A DNA stretch of 46,400 bases from Candidatus Saccharimonadales bacterium (GTDB lineage: Bacteria; Patescibacteriota; Saccharimonadia; Saccharimonadales; 2-12-FULL-41-12). Made by a program: the position numbers and the translations under genes. Shown here one piece after another: positions 31,592 to 40,352 of the stretch (position 1 is its first letter; each line of letters opens with the position of its first letter). The notes beneath the pieces were generated by a model that was not told the origin of the DNA, made no database searches, and saw only the letters and a list, made by a program, of their open reading frames with translations. The stretch covers positions 1-46,400 of the forward strand of contig DASUOI010000030.1 in the NCBI GenBank assembly GCA_036276695.1, in the 5' to 3' direction.

Positions 31592-32796
31592 AGAAAATCG
31601 GTATTTATAACGAGTACATAGACGCAAAAGGTGGTGGCGAGAAAGTCTGTCTTGCTTTGGCTGAAGCTCTTTCCAAGAAATATGATGTTAGTATTGTCTC
31701 CCCTAAGGAAGTTAATCTTGATGAGCTAGAAGAATATTTTAATCTGGATTTAAGTAAAGTTAAGCTGGATGTTATATCAAGAAGAACCTTAACGGCAAAA
31801 ATTGTAGACAGGTTGTTATTACCGGGTGGTTTGAAGGCATTAATAAAAGACTACAGATATTTTAAGATCATCAAACAGAAAAACTTTGATATTTTTGTAA
31901 ATAACACTCATCAAAGCAACCTACCAAACCCAGCTAACAAAGGCATATACATGTGTATGTTCCCTCAGAGACTGGAGGGAGAACCAACTGACAATACAAT
32001 TAAAAAAATTTATAGATTTTTTATAAGAATGCTTTATAGAGTCTTTTTATTTAAAGGACGTAGGCATGCCATAGATACATATGATCTTATTACAGCCAAT
32101 TCTAAATATACCCAAGGTTATATAAAAAAATACTGGAACAAAAAGAGTGAAATCCTCTACCCTATTTGCGATTCCATGAAAAATAGTGAAAAAAAGCAAA
32201 AGATAATACTAAATGTAGGCAGGTTCTTCGGTGATAGAGACTTAGTGCACCATAAAAGACAGGATTTTTTATTAAAGTCTTTCATAGAATCTGATCTGCA
32301 TAAGTTAGGCTGGGAACTACATTTTGCTGGGAGCGTAGAAGAAAACGCCAAAGCCCTGAAATATATACTTGATTAGCAAAAAAAAGCTAGAGTGTATCCC
32401 GTTTATTTTCATTTTGACTGTTTCTACAGTGAACTCAAGTCACTATTTAATAAGGCCTTTATATATTGGCATGCTACAGGTTATGGTTCCGACCCTGATG
32501 AATACCCGGAAAAGCAAGAACATTTTGGAATAACCACCGTAGAGGCAATGTCTGCCGGTTGTATACCCGTAGTTATTGATTCCGCCGGCCAGCAGGAAAC
32601 CGTGAGCCATGCAGAAAACGGATTCCTCTGGAATAGTAAAAACGAGTTGATCAAATACACTAAAAAAGCTATTAATTTAAACGCTCCTGAAGCTAAGAAG
32701 ATTCACGGCAACGGCCAAACCGTAGTGAAAAAATTTAACAAGGACACGTTCACAAAAAACACGGAAGGTATATTTTCAAAACTGACTAGAACTTAA
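31588..32796 (+). pseudogene. GT4 glycosyltransferase interrupted by one in-frame TAG (32374-32376), either a pseudogene or a split gene
   Basis: ORFs 31588-32376 and 32392-32796 are in the same frame. The N-terminal half has 'IGIYNEYIDAKGGGEKV'. The C-terminal half has 'EHFGITTVEAMSAGCIPVVIDSAGQQETVSHAENGFLW' (EX7E). Together they make one complete GT-B enzyme of about 400 aa. Confidence 0.7.
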
Positions 32797-33637
32797 AGTC
32801 TACTCTGGGTCTTGCGCCTTTTGCCACATACACATATTTAAGTATGGTTCTTTTTGAGGCGCCGCATTTGTTTGTGCAGGTCGCCGTAATTCTATATCTC
32901 TGTTTGGCGCTTCCACACTGCCCGGCCGCCAGATTAATAATTTTGTAGTAATTCTTGCTACCGCCACTAGTAAGCTTGCTGGCAGATGCAGAGAAGCCTT
33001 GGACACCGCATGCTGAACCTGCTAAGTACGGAAAAGCGCGGAATTTGAGATTTGAGGGGTTAATAGCCTTATTTTTGTATCTAACGTAGCCGTTTACATC
33101 TCCTGTGTTGCCATTATATGTAAACGATGTGGGCAAGCGCATAGGAAAATTATTGATCACCCCTGCTTTGACTTTTCTGTTGTGGTCAGCCGCTCCGCCC
33201 AAATATGTATAGTTCGTTGCCCCGTTCTCATCCTTCGGATAAACTTCAATCCACGCTGTTTTAACTTTTGATGAAACACACAGCCCATAGGTTTGGTCGA
33301 GTACTGTAGCAGATCCCGGCTGAGAGAGACTTGGATTTACCGTGATCGTGTGTGAATATCCGGAAGTTGTTTTGCGATTGCCGGCAGGGCCAACTTTCTT
33401 TTTGTTGGAATTTAAAAGGTCAATGCCGATAAAGGCTTTGGTCGACCAGTTATTATAGTCGCCACCGTAAGCCTTTATTGATCCTCTTATTGCCGTGGGC
33501 CTGGAGGAAGAGCATCCTGAAGCAATAGCTGTTACTTTACCCGTACTATTGTTAACAGCCACTAGTAAAGAAGCTGTAAAGATGAAAATGGTGCCAGTAA
33601 TTAGAATTTTTGTTTTTGTAATGTTTAGTTTTTTCAT
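32786..33637 (-). CDS. Secreted Cys-containing beta-rich protein, unknown function
   Basis: The N-terminal signal or anchor is 'MKKLNITKTKILITGTIFIFTASLLVAV'. There are 9 Cys residues, and the sequence is rich in G/S/T/N/K/Y. I recognise no family. Confidence 0.5.
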   Translation of the reverse strand: MKKLNITKTKILITGTIFIFTASLLVAVNNSTGKVTAIASGCSSSRPTAIRGSIKAYGGDYNNWSTKAFIGIDLLNSNKKKVGPAGNRKTTSGYSHTITVNPSLSQPGSATVLDQTYGLCVSSKVKTAWIEVYPKDENGATNYTYLGGAADHNRKVKAGVINNFPMRLPTSFTYNGNTGDVNGYVRYKNKAINPSNLKFRAFPYLAGSACGVQGFSASASKLTSGGSKNYYKIINLAAGQCGSAKQRYRITATCTNKCGASKRTILKYVYVAKGARPRVDFKF

Positions 33638-33699
33638 TTTTGTATAACCTTACTTATTATACAAATATGTAGACGGCATAGAAAATTTATAAAGGGGTT

Positions 33700-34626
33700 T
33701 CATTTTCCATCTATACCTAAATATCTTCTAACTTTGTGATATTTATCTCGTGCTTTCCAAAACTTTGATTGTTTCATAAGAGTAATTTCTCTTTCAAGAG
33801 TCTTTATCCTATCTAATGCATGATTGTTCGAATTTTTTAGTTCATTTCGCTTTTTTAGCAATATCTCATTTTTGTTTTGTATTTTTACAAATAATTGATT
33901 TATTGGTTCAAGTGATTTCATCGCCTCCGGATATTTTTTGTAGTATTTTTCATATATGTAAATTCTTGCATCTAGGGCTTGTTTGAATGGGAAGTCTACA
34001 TCGGAGCGACTTCGGGGTTGATTATGTTTTTTATAGTGAAGGACGGGCCCAGTCATTTTTCTTGCAGTCTTGCCGGATAAACAAGCGCCAAGAAAAAGAT
34101 CCCAATCCTCGTAGCCTAAACTCTCTAGAACCTCGTCGTATTTATTCGTAGAAAATACAGTTTTTTTTACTAATGCTGATGCGTGTATGTAGTTTTGGTA
34201 TTTCAAAATTTCTATATTGTGTTCAGGATGATAAACTTTTCTGTTTACTCTCCCAAAGATTATTACGTCACTATAAACAATGTCGGCATTGCTATCTTCA
34301 GCTAAGTTCACAGCCTTTTCCACATAGGAATTGTCAATCCAGTCATCTGCGTCCAGCTGGATTAAATAATAGCCTTTAGCTAGGTTGACACATTTGTTTC
34401 TGGTTTTCACTATACCCATATTTTTTTGTTTGTGATAATAAACGTTCTGATACTCCGAAGAGTATGTTTTTGCCACCGATTCAGTATCATCTGTTGAACC
34501 GTCGTCGATAATTATTATTTCAATATTTTTATATGTTTGAGCGATTACGCTATCTATTGCTTTTGGCAATAAATTTCCGTAGTTGTAGCATGGTATTATT
34601 ACTGAAACTAATTTACTATGTGACAT
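33700..34626 (-). CDS. GT2 glycosyltransferase with a C-terminal coiled-coil tail
   Basis: 'VSVIIPCYNYGNLL', 'IIIDDGSTDDT' and 'QLDADDW' (DxD) are present. The C-terminus 'NELKNSNNHALDRIKTLEREITLMKQS' is coiled-coil-like. Confidence 0.85.
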   Translation of the reverse strand: MSHSKLVSVIIPCYNYGNLLPKAIDSVIAQTYKNIEIIIIDDGSTDDTESVAKTYSSEYQNVYYHKQKNMGIVKTRNKCVNLAKGYYLIQLDADDWIDNSYVEKAVNLAEDSNADIVYSDVIIFGRVNRKVYHPEHNIEILKYQNYIHASALVKKTVFSTNKYDEVLESLGYEDWDLFLGACLSGKTARKMTGPVLHYKKHNQPRSRSDVDFPFKQALDARIYIYEKYYKKYPEAMKSLEPINQLFVKIQNKNEILLKKRNELKNSNNHALDRIKTLEREITLMKQSKFWKARDKYHKVRRYLGIDGK

Positions 34627-34632
34627 AAGTTA

Positions 34633-35463
34633 ATGGTTCTTACGAAATTATACAATAGACACTTTAGAAAACCTCTTAAACTATACTGGTGGAAATACAA
34701 TCCACCAGCTCAATTAAACTTTGGTGATGAACTCACTCCGGTAATAATAGAATCATTATTTGGCAGACATTGCATATGGTCTCCCCCGGAAGAATGCAAC
34801 ATGGCGGGAGCAGGCTCTATTATTGAAATACTGCTAAAAAAGAAAAGGGGAAATAAACCTATTTTATGGGGTAGTGGTTTTATAAAGAAAGATAGTGTCA
34901 CTATTTCTTCAGACGATTTCAATATAAAAGCCCTGCGAGGTAAATCTTCTTTAGAAAGAACTGTGAATATTAATCAAAAAGCTGTTGCTTTAGGTGACCC
35001 AGGATTATTGGCTAGTTATTTACTACAGTCAAAACCGGAGAAAAAATATCGTCTTGGCATAGTACCCCACTATGTAGATTTGGAATCACCCACAGTTAAA
35101 GAGCTGTCTCGGCAAAAAAACGTAAAAATCATTAGTCCTCTTAACCCTCCAGAGGAAGTTATTCATGATATTGCTGCAAGTGAGTGCGTTGTCTCATCCA
35201 GCCTACATGGTTTAATAGCGGCCGACAGTGTAGGTACGCCAAATGCCCACCTAAAGCTAAGTGATGGCCTGACAGGTGGACTATACAAATTCAAAGATTA
35301 CTATTCTGTCTTTTCCGGACCTTCAAGATACATATTGTTGCAGCCTGATGATGTGCTAGATAAACAGGCTGAAGCTGTTGCCCAAAACGTAGAACGGCTT
35401 TATAAGAAACCTAATAATTTGGATTCTTTAAAACAAGACCTGATAAAATCGTTCCCCTACTAA
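34633..35463 (+). CDS. Polysaccharide pyruvyl transferase family protein (second copy, short CsaB/EpsO-like type)
   Basis: 'QLNFGDELTPVIIESLFG', 'GAGSII', 'LWGSGF' and 'VVSSSLHGLIAADSVGTPN' fit the PS_pyruv_trans pattern. Confidence 0.65.
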   Translation: MVLTKLYNRHFRKPLKLYWWKYNPPAQLNFGDELTPVIIESLFGRHCIWSPPEECNMAGAGSIIEILLKKKRGNKPILWGSGFIKKDSVTISSDDFNIKALRGKSSLERTVNINQKAVALGDPGLLASYLLQSKPEKKYRLGIVPHYVDLESPTVKELSRQKNVKIISPLNPPEEVIHDIAASECVVSSSLHGLIAADSVGTPNAHLKLSDGLTGGLYKFKDYYSVFSGPSRYILLQPDDVLDKQAEAVAQNVERLYKKPNNLDSLKQDLIKSFPY

Positions 35464-35505
35464 CTAAGTTAGGGATAGATACGATTATATTATTCCTATC
35501 TTTTT

Positions 35506-36366
35506 TCATGGTAATTTAAGGGGGGCACCGTTTATAAGTATTGACCTTATTATGTAAAATTTCCATCCAATTTTCTTGCCTAACAATTTTTTCATTTTTT
35601 TTAAAATATTAGGCTTCGAAACTCTACTTGTGAAAAAATCATCGTGTCTATATCCAAGCTTTTTATTACAATCGTACTGAGCCCTATCAGTAGTTGTTGC
35701 TCGTTGAGCAGGACTTAGCTTTGACCAAACTCCTTCTTCCGTGTAGTTGTATACCGACATAATCTCGTCATGATAATATAGAGGACCTTTATCTAAAAAT
35801 GAGTAGAAAGTTATAGTGTCTCTTATTATAGGATTTTTATTAAAATCTATAACTCGTCTATACACTCTTGAGGAAGTGTGAAGGTGTCGTGGATTATCAG
35901 CAAATGTTACGGGATTCTTAAGTTTAACTTTATATATATCGTGAACCAATGAACGTTGCTCGCCCGTATGTACGTAATTAAAGAGCGTGTCATGGGCAAA
36001 CATAACATACTCCGGGTTCTTTTCCATAGTATCAATAGCAAGTTGTATTTTGTTCTTGTGGCACCATCTGTCATCACCATCAAGAGTAGCAAAATATCTA
36101 GTTTTAATTCTTTTCCTGGCCTCTAATATATGTTTTCTTTTTGTATTTTTTGGTTGTGAAATTACTTTTATTATTTTAGGGTGGCCGTCTTCGTATTTCT
36201 TGCAAATTTCTAAAGTTTTATCAGTTGAACAATCATCTAAGATCCAGACTTTGTATGGATAAGATGTTTCTTGCTCAAGTATGCTTTCTATAGCTTCGGC
36301 GATTGAATTTTCGTGATTATAAGTAAGCAACAAGATTGTTAAGATTGGGTTTTCTTCTTTTTTCAT
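35506..36366 (-). CDS. GT2 glycosyltransferase
   Basis: 'LTILLLTYNHENSIAEAIESIL', 'WILDDCSTDKT' and 'ATLDGDDRW' (DxD) are present. Confidence 0.8.
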   Translation of the reverse strand: MKKEENPILTILLLTYNHENSIAEAIESILEQETSYPYKVWILDDCSTDKTLEICKKYEDGHPKIIKVISQPKNTKRKHILEARKRIKTRYFATLDGDDRWCHKNKIQLAIDTMEKNPEYVMFAHDTLFNYVHTGEQRSLVHDIYKVKLKNPVTFADNPRHLHTSSRVYRRVIDFNKNPIIRDTITFYSFLDKGPLYYHDEIMSVYNYTEEGVWSKLSPAQRATTTDRAQYDCNKKLGYRHDDFFTSRVSKPNILKKMKKLLGKKIGWKFYIIRSILINGAPLKLP

Positions 36367-36415
36367 ATATTAATCTTCAAGTCTGAAATTTATCGATTCT
36401 TCCTTATGCGGTCTA

Positions 36416-37288
36416 TTATATTCTATAACCAAAAGTCTCTAACATCTTTCCGGCAATATTATTGAATTCTTGTATTTGTTGTTTATTCAGCTCTTTTTTA
36501 TATTTGCCGATATTGGTTTTGTCAGGCTTCTCAAGGGTTTTTCTTTTCCAGTCGATTGTACTAATCGGTTCATCCTCGTATCTAGCATTATGTATATAAT
36601 ATTCAAACATTCCTTTTTCGAATTCGATTTTTAGAAATGAACATACGTTCTTTAAGGTTTGTTCAGGATGCAATATTAAGTCTTCATATTTAATAAGCAA
36701 ACTTCTATCTCTAGAAAGTTTCTGGATAAAATCTTGTACTCTTTGATTATTAGTTGTCCACTCTTTTGCTATATTATTAATTTTGGTGGGTAATTTAGGC
36801 TTATAAGGCGAATCAGTGCTTATTTTATTTAGAGTAATGTAAGAACATGCGACATCTCTACCGTCCCTCACCATAAAAATAATTTTTGCATTGGGCCATA
36901 TTTTAACTAAGTCGTCTAAGTGATATATAAAATAGTTATTTTTATCGGCAATAATTTTAGAATTTTTACCTCTTCTCATGGCATAGGTTGAGTAAACTAG
37001 TTCAGTTAAGTGAGAATAGTCTTTAGGTTTTTCTTTTAAGATTATCTTTTTAAGTTCTTCAAAATCCAGCTTCCAGTTTTCAATTTTTTTTGATGTTTTA
37101 AGGTCACTTAGAAACTCTTCTACTCTAAATTTTGTATTGCTCAATTTATTCCAATTATTGTATTTATTGGACCACCAATGTAAAAAACCAGACTCTGGTG
37201 GTGCAATAACCTCCGAATGTGAATTAAGCATCAGTCTGAACAAGGAGGTACCAGAACGGGGGTTGCCAATTATAAACACTTTTTGCAT
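36416..37288 (-). CDS. PAPS-dependent sulfotransferase (second copy)
   Basis: 5'-PSB loop 'VFIIGNPRSGTSLFRLML' and 3'-PB motif 'IIFMVRDGRDVACSY'. The gene lies 13 nt downstream of the DegT gene. Confidence 0.8.
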   Translation of the reverse strand: MQKVFIIGNPRSGTSLFRLMLNSHSEVIAPPESGFLHWWSNKYNNWNKLSNTKFRVEEFLSDLKTSKKIENWKLDFEELKKIILKEKPKDYSHLTELVYSTYAMRRGKNSKIIADKNNYFIYHLDDLVKIWPNAKIIFMVRDGRDVACSYITLNKISTDSPYKPKLPTKINNIAKEWTTNNQRVQDFIQKLSRDRSLLIKYEDLILHPEQTLKNVCSFLKIEFEKGMFEYYIHNARYEDEPISTIDWKRKTLEKPDKTNIGKYKKELNKQQIQEFNNIAGKMLETFGYRI

Positions 37289-37301
37289 TATTGCTGCTTT
37301 T

Positions 37302-38387
37302 TCATGATTTCAATATTTCGCAGATTTTATTGATTATACTTTCTTCTAGGTCTTCAAATAAAGGAAGGCATAGGATTTTTTTTGATATGTCTTCGGAAAT
37401 GGGACAATCTTGTACTTTGTCAATATAAGGCAATGTATTTAACGACGGATAAAAATACCTTCTCGGGAATATGTTTTCGTTTTTTAGCTTATTAAGAATA
37501 TCTAGCAATTTTTCTTCACTCTCCAATACGACCGGGTAGTAAGCAAACGTATATTCTGTTTCTTTATTAAGCTTTGGTCTTTGCATCTGATTAGAGATAA
37601 GCTTGTTGTAAATCTCAATTTTTTCTTTTCTTTTCTGTATATTTTCCTCGATGTACTTTAGGTTGCAAAGTCCCATGGCAGCTTGGTACTCGGATGCTTT
37701 TGCATTAATCCCTAATCTATAATGATCGTCTCCAATATGACCAAATTTTTTTATCAATTCTATTTCATCGCTAATTTTTTTATCTTTAGCTATAACACAC
37801 CCGCCCTCTATTGTGTGAAACCTTTTTGTGGAATGAAAACTACATATAGAAATATCCCCGTGACTTAAGAGGGGTTTATTTTTGTACTTAACCCCAAAAG
37901 CGTGCGCCCCATCATAAATAATTTTTAGATTGTGCTTTTTTGCAATTTTATCTATCGCTTCGATGTCACAGGGGTTGCCAAAAACATGTACTGGCAGAAT
38001 TGCTTTGGTTTTTTCGGTAATTGCAGCTTCGATTTTGTCAGAATCGATACAAAGTGTTTCAGGATCTATATCTACATAAACCGGCTTAGCACCCTCCCAA
38101 AGTATGGCTGATGTTGTTGCTACGTAAGAAAATGGGGTGGTAATAACTTCGCCCTCGGTTATATCAAGTGATCTTAGGGCTAACTGCAAAGCTATAGTTC
38201 CATTTGTAACAAAATGGAAATTTTCTACATCTAAATATTCTGAGGCTTCTTTCTCAAATTCTTTTAGAAGTGGTCCATGGTTAGTAAGCTGGTTGTTTTG
38301 CCATATTTTTTTTAGATAAGAATTATATTCCTCTATTGGGGGCAGAAAAGCCTTTGTGACATTGATTCTTTCAGATTTATGATCCAT
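37302..38387 (-). CDS. DegT/DnrJ/EryC1/StrS-family PLP-dependent sugar aminotransferase
   Basis: 'FVTNGTIALQLAL', 'ILPVHVFGNPCD' and 'SFHSTKRFHTIEGGCV' (PLP-Lys) are present. The gene overlaps the wzt stop by 11 nt. Confidence 0.88.
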   Translation of the reverse strand: MDHKSERINVTKAFLPPIEEYNSYLKKIWQNNQLTNHGPLLKEFEKEASEYLDVENFHFVTNGTIALQLALRSLDITEGEVITTPFSYVATTSAILWEGAKPVYVDIDPETLCIDSDKIEAAITEKTKAILPVHVFGNPCDIEAIDKIAKKHNLKIIYDGAHAFGVKYKNKPLLSHGDISICSFHSTKRFHTIEGGCVIAKDKKISDEIELIKKFGHIGDDHYRLGINAKASEYQAAMGLCNLKYIEENIQKRKEKIEIYNKLISNQMQRPKLNKETEYTFAYYPVVLESEEKLLDILNKLKNENIFPRRYFYPSLNTLPYIDKVQDCPISEDISKKILCLPLFEDLEESIINKICEILKS

Positions 38388-39519
38388 ATTCCCACGTATC
38401 CTTAAGTTTTAAAGCGCCTCCCCTTCGATTTTCTTTTCCTTCAACAATAAACATTCTCCTGTCATTTGCTTTAACAACTGCAAGCTGCGAACGGTTGTCT
38501 AAGTTAAACAAGCCGCCTCCTATAGCATAAGTTCCTGGGTTCAATACATTTTTATCAATTGTAAATTCCAAAAGACCTGAATTGCTTAAAGGTTTATTTT
38601 TCGCCGTGCTTATTCCGCCTATATATATCCCGTCTTTCCAGATTGATAGGCTAACAAAACATTTATTTTTTGTACTTTTATATTCAGCACATGCTTTTAA
38701 AATCTCATTATTTTCTTCTTTGATGGAATATTTTATTTTGTTTTTCGTAGAATCATCACTTTTGTCATTATTTGCTTGTTCAATATTATCAATAAGATAA
38801 ACATCCGCGACTTTGTAGGTTTCACCTTCTTTATTAATTTTCCCTTCTTTCAAATATATGGCTCTCGTACAGAAACGCTTGACTTGCTCCATACTATGGG
38901 AGACGAGAACTACAGTACGACCTTTTTGTTTTAGCTCTTCAAAGTAACTAAAACATTTTTCTTGGAAGCTTGAATCCCCCACAGCAAGCACTTCATCTAA
39001 TACTAATATGGGCGAGTCAACCTTAGCTGCTATAGAGAATGCAAGCCTGACCTGCATACCTGAAGAATAGTTTTTGAGCTTCTGGTCCATAAACTTCTCA
39101 ATTTCGGCGAACTCTACAATCTCGTCATACATAGCTTCCATCTCTTGTCTAGAGAATCCAAGCAACGCTCCATTTAGAAATACGTTTTCCCTGCCCGTTA
39201 ACTCAGGATTGAAGCCCACACCTAACTCAATAAACGGTGTGAGCTTACCATTTACTTGTATATTACCTTTGTCAGGAGCATATATGCCCGCTATGAGCTT
39301 TAGCAGCGTGCTCTTACCGCTACCATTTTTACCGACTATACCGAAGAATTCACCTTTTTTAATATCCACAGAAACGTTTTTTAAGACTTCTTGTTTTTCA
39401 TAAGTTCGTTTCTTGCGAAACCCATTAATAAATAAACTTTTAATGGAACCGTGCTTTTCATGAGGCAGCTTAAAAGACTTGCTGACATTATGTACCTTGA
39501 TCGCTATATCCTCACTCAT
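38377..39519 (-). CDS. Polysaccharide/teichoic-acid ABC exporter ATP-binding protein (Wzt/TagH-type) with a ~140-aa C-terminal extension
   Basis: Walker A 'GIVGKNGSGKSTLL', signature 'YSSGMQVRLAFS' and Walker B 'ILVLDEVLAVGD'. The beta-rich C-terminal domain (aa ~240-380) is consistent with a Wzt_C-like glycan-binding module. Confidence 0.85.
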   Translation of the reverse strand: MSEDIAIKVHNVSKSFKLPHEKHGSIKSLFINGFRKKRTYEKQEVLKNVSVDIKKGEFFGIVGKNGSGKSTLLKLIAGIYAPDKGNIQVNGKLTPFIELGVGFNPELTGRENVFLNGALLGFSRQEMEAMYDEIVEFAEIEKFMDQKLKNYSSGMQVRLAFSIAAKVDSPILVLDEVLAVGDSSFQEKCFSYFEELKQKGRTVVLVSHSMEQVKRFCTRAIYLKEGKINKEGETYKVADVYLIDNIEQANNDKSDDSTKNKIKYSIKEENNEILKACAEYKSTKNKCFVSLSIWKDGIYIGGISTAKNKPLSNSGLLEFTIDKNVLNPGTYAIGGGLFNLDNRSQLAVVKANDRRMFIVEGKENRRGGALKLKDTWEYGS

Positions 39520-39520
39520 A

Positions 39521-40318
39521 TCAAATATCCTCCGCGAAATTGCCGGCTTGTTTTTTGAAGTAAAGCACTCCGATTACCAACAACACTATAGGTATGGCTA
39601 TAGGTATCAGCCTATAGATGCTTGAGCCGTATACCCCATAAATCGTCAGGGTCTCGTGGGTAACAACAGAATATCTGGCATCTTGGATTGACTGGGCCAT
39701 GGGACTTAATATGAGCACTTTCTGAAAAGCTTCAGGCACTAAATTAAGCGGATAAAGTATGGGCGTGGCATAAAATCCTGCTTGAAGAACAACTTCCCAT
39801 ATGTATTTAACATCCCGGAACTTTACAAAAGCCGTAGCTAAGATAAGCGACATTCCTAAGCCCAGTATGTAAACTTCCAGTAATATTAGAGGAAGCCATA
39901 GAGCTGTTTGTAGCAGATCAATCTTTACTATAATAATAAAAATAAGAACCACTATTAGATTGAAGCCTAGGTTGATGAGTGCAGATATACTACTGGAAAC
40001 GACTATCAACCATCTGGGTATGCGTATTTTTCTAATCAGACTTCCTCTGCTGACAATCGAACCCAGGCTCTGGTTAGTCATGTCGGAAAAGAAAGCCCAA
40101 AGAACAATTCCAAGCAACAAATAGATAGCGAAGTTTGGTATGCCCTGGCCAAGCTTTAAGAATTTATCAAAAACTATATAGAGTACAGAAAATAAAAGAA
40201 GAGGTCTTAGAAGCGACCATAGATAACCAAGAACCGAGCCTTGGTAGCGCAGTTTAAAGTCTGTCCGGACAAGTTCAGCAAGTAATACTCTGCTTTCTTT
40301 TCTTAATGGGTTCGTCAT
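39521..40318 (-). CDS. ABC-2 type polysaccharide exporter permease (Wzm/TagG-type)
   Basis: 265 aa with 6 TM helices. The N-terminus 'LVRTDFKLRYQGSVLGYLWSLLRPLL' is the canonical ABC-2 polysaccharide-permease motif. Confidence 0.88.
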   Translation of the reverse strand: MTNPLRKESRVLLAELVRTDFKLRYQGSVLGYLWSLLRPLLLFSVLYIVFDKFLKLGQGIPNFAIYLLLGIVLWAFFSDMTNQSLGSIVSRGSLIRKIRIPRWLIVVSSSISALINLGFNLIVVLIFIIIVKIDLLQTALWLPLILLEVYILGLGMSLILATAFVKFRDVKYIWEVVLQAGFYATPILYPLNLVPEAFQKVLILSPMAQSIQDARYSVVTHETLTIYGVYGSSIYRLIPIAIPIVLLVIGVLYFKKQAGNFAEDI

Positions 40319-40352
40319 AAAAGTTATTGTTTATTATATGATAGGAAGGATA

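Noticed and set aside
33639-33665. An inverted repeat, TTTGTATAA-9 nt-TTATACAAA, between the GT2 stop and the start of the secreted-protein gene, considered as a terminator.
   Set aside because: The stem is entirely A/T, so it is weak, and no U-tract follows on the transcribed (minus) strand. The evidence is insufficient to call a terminator.
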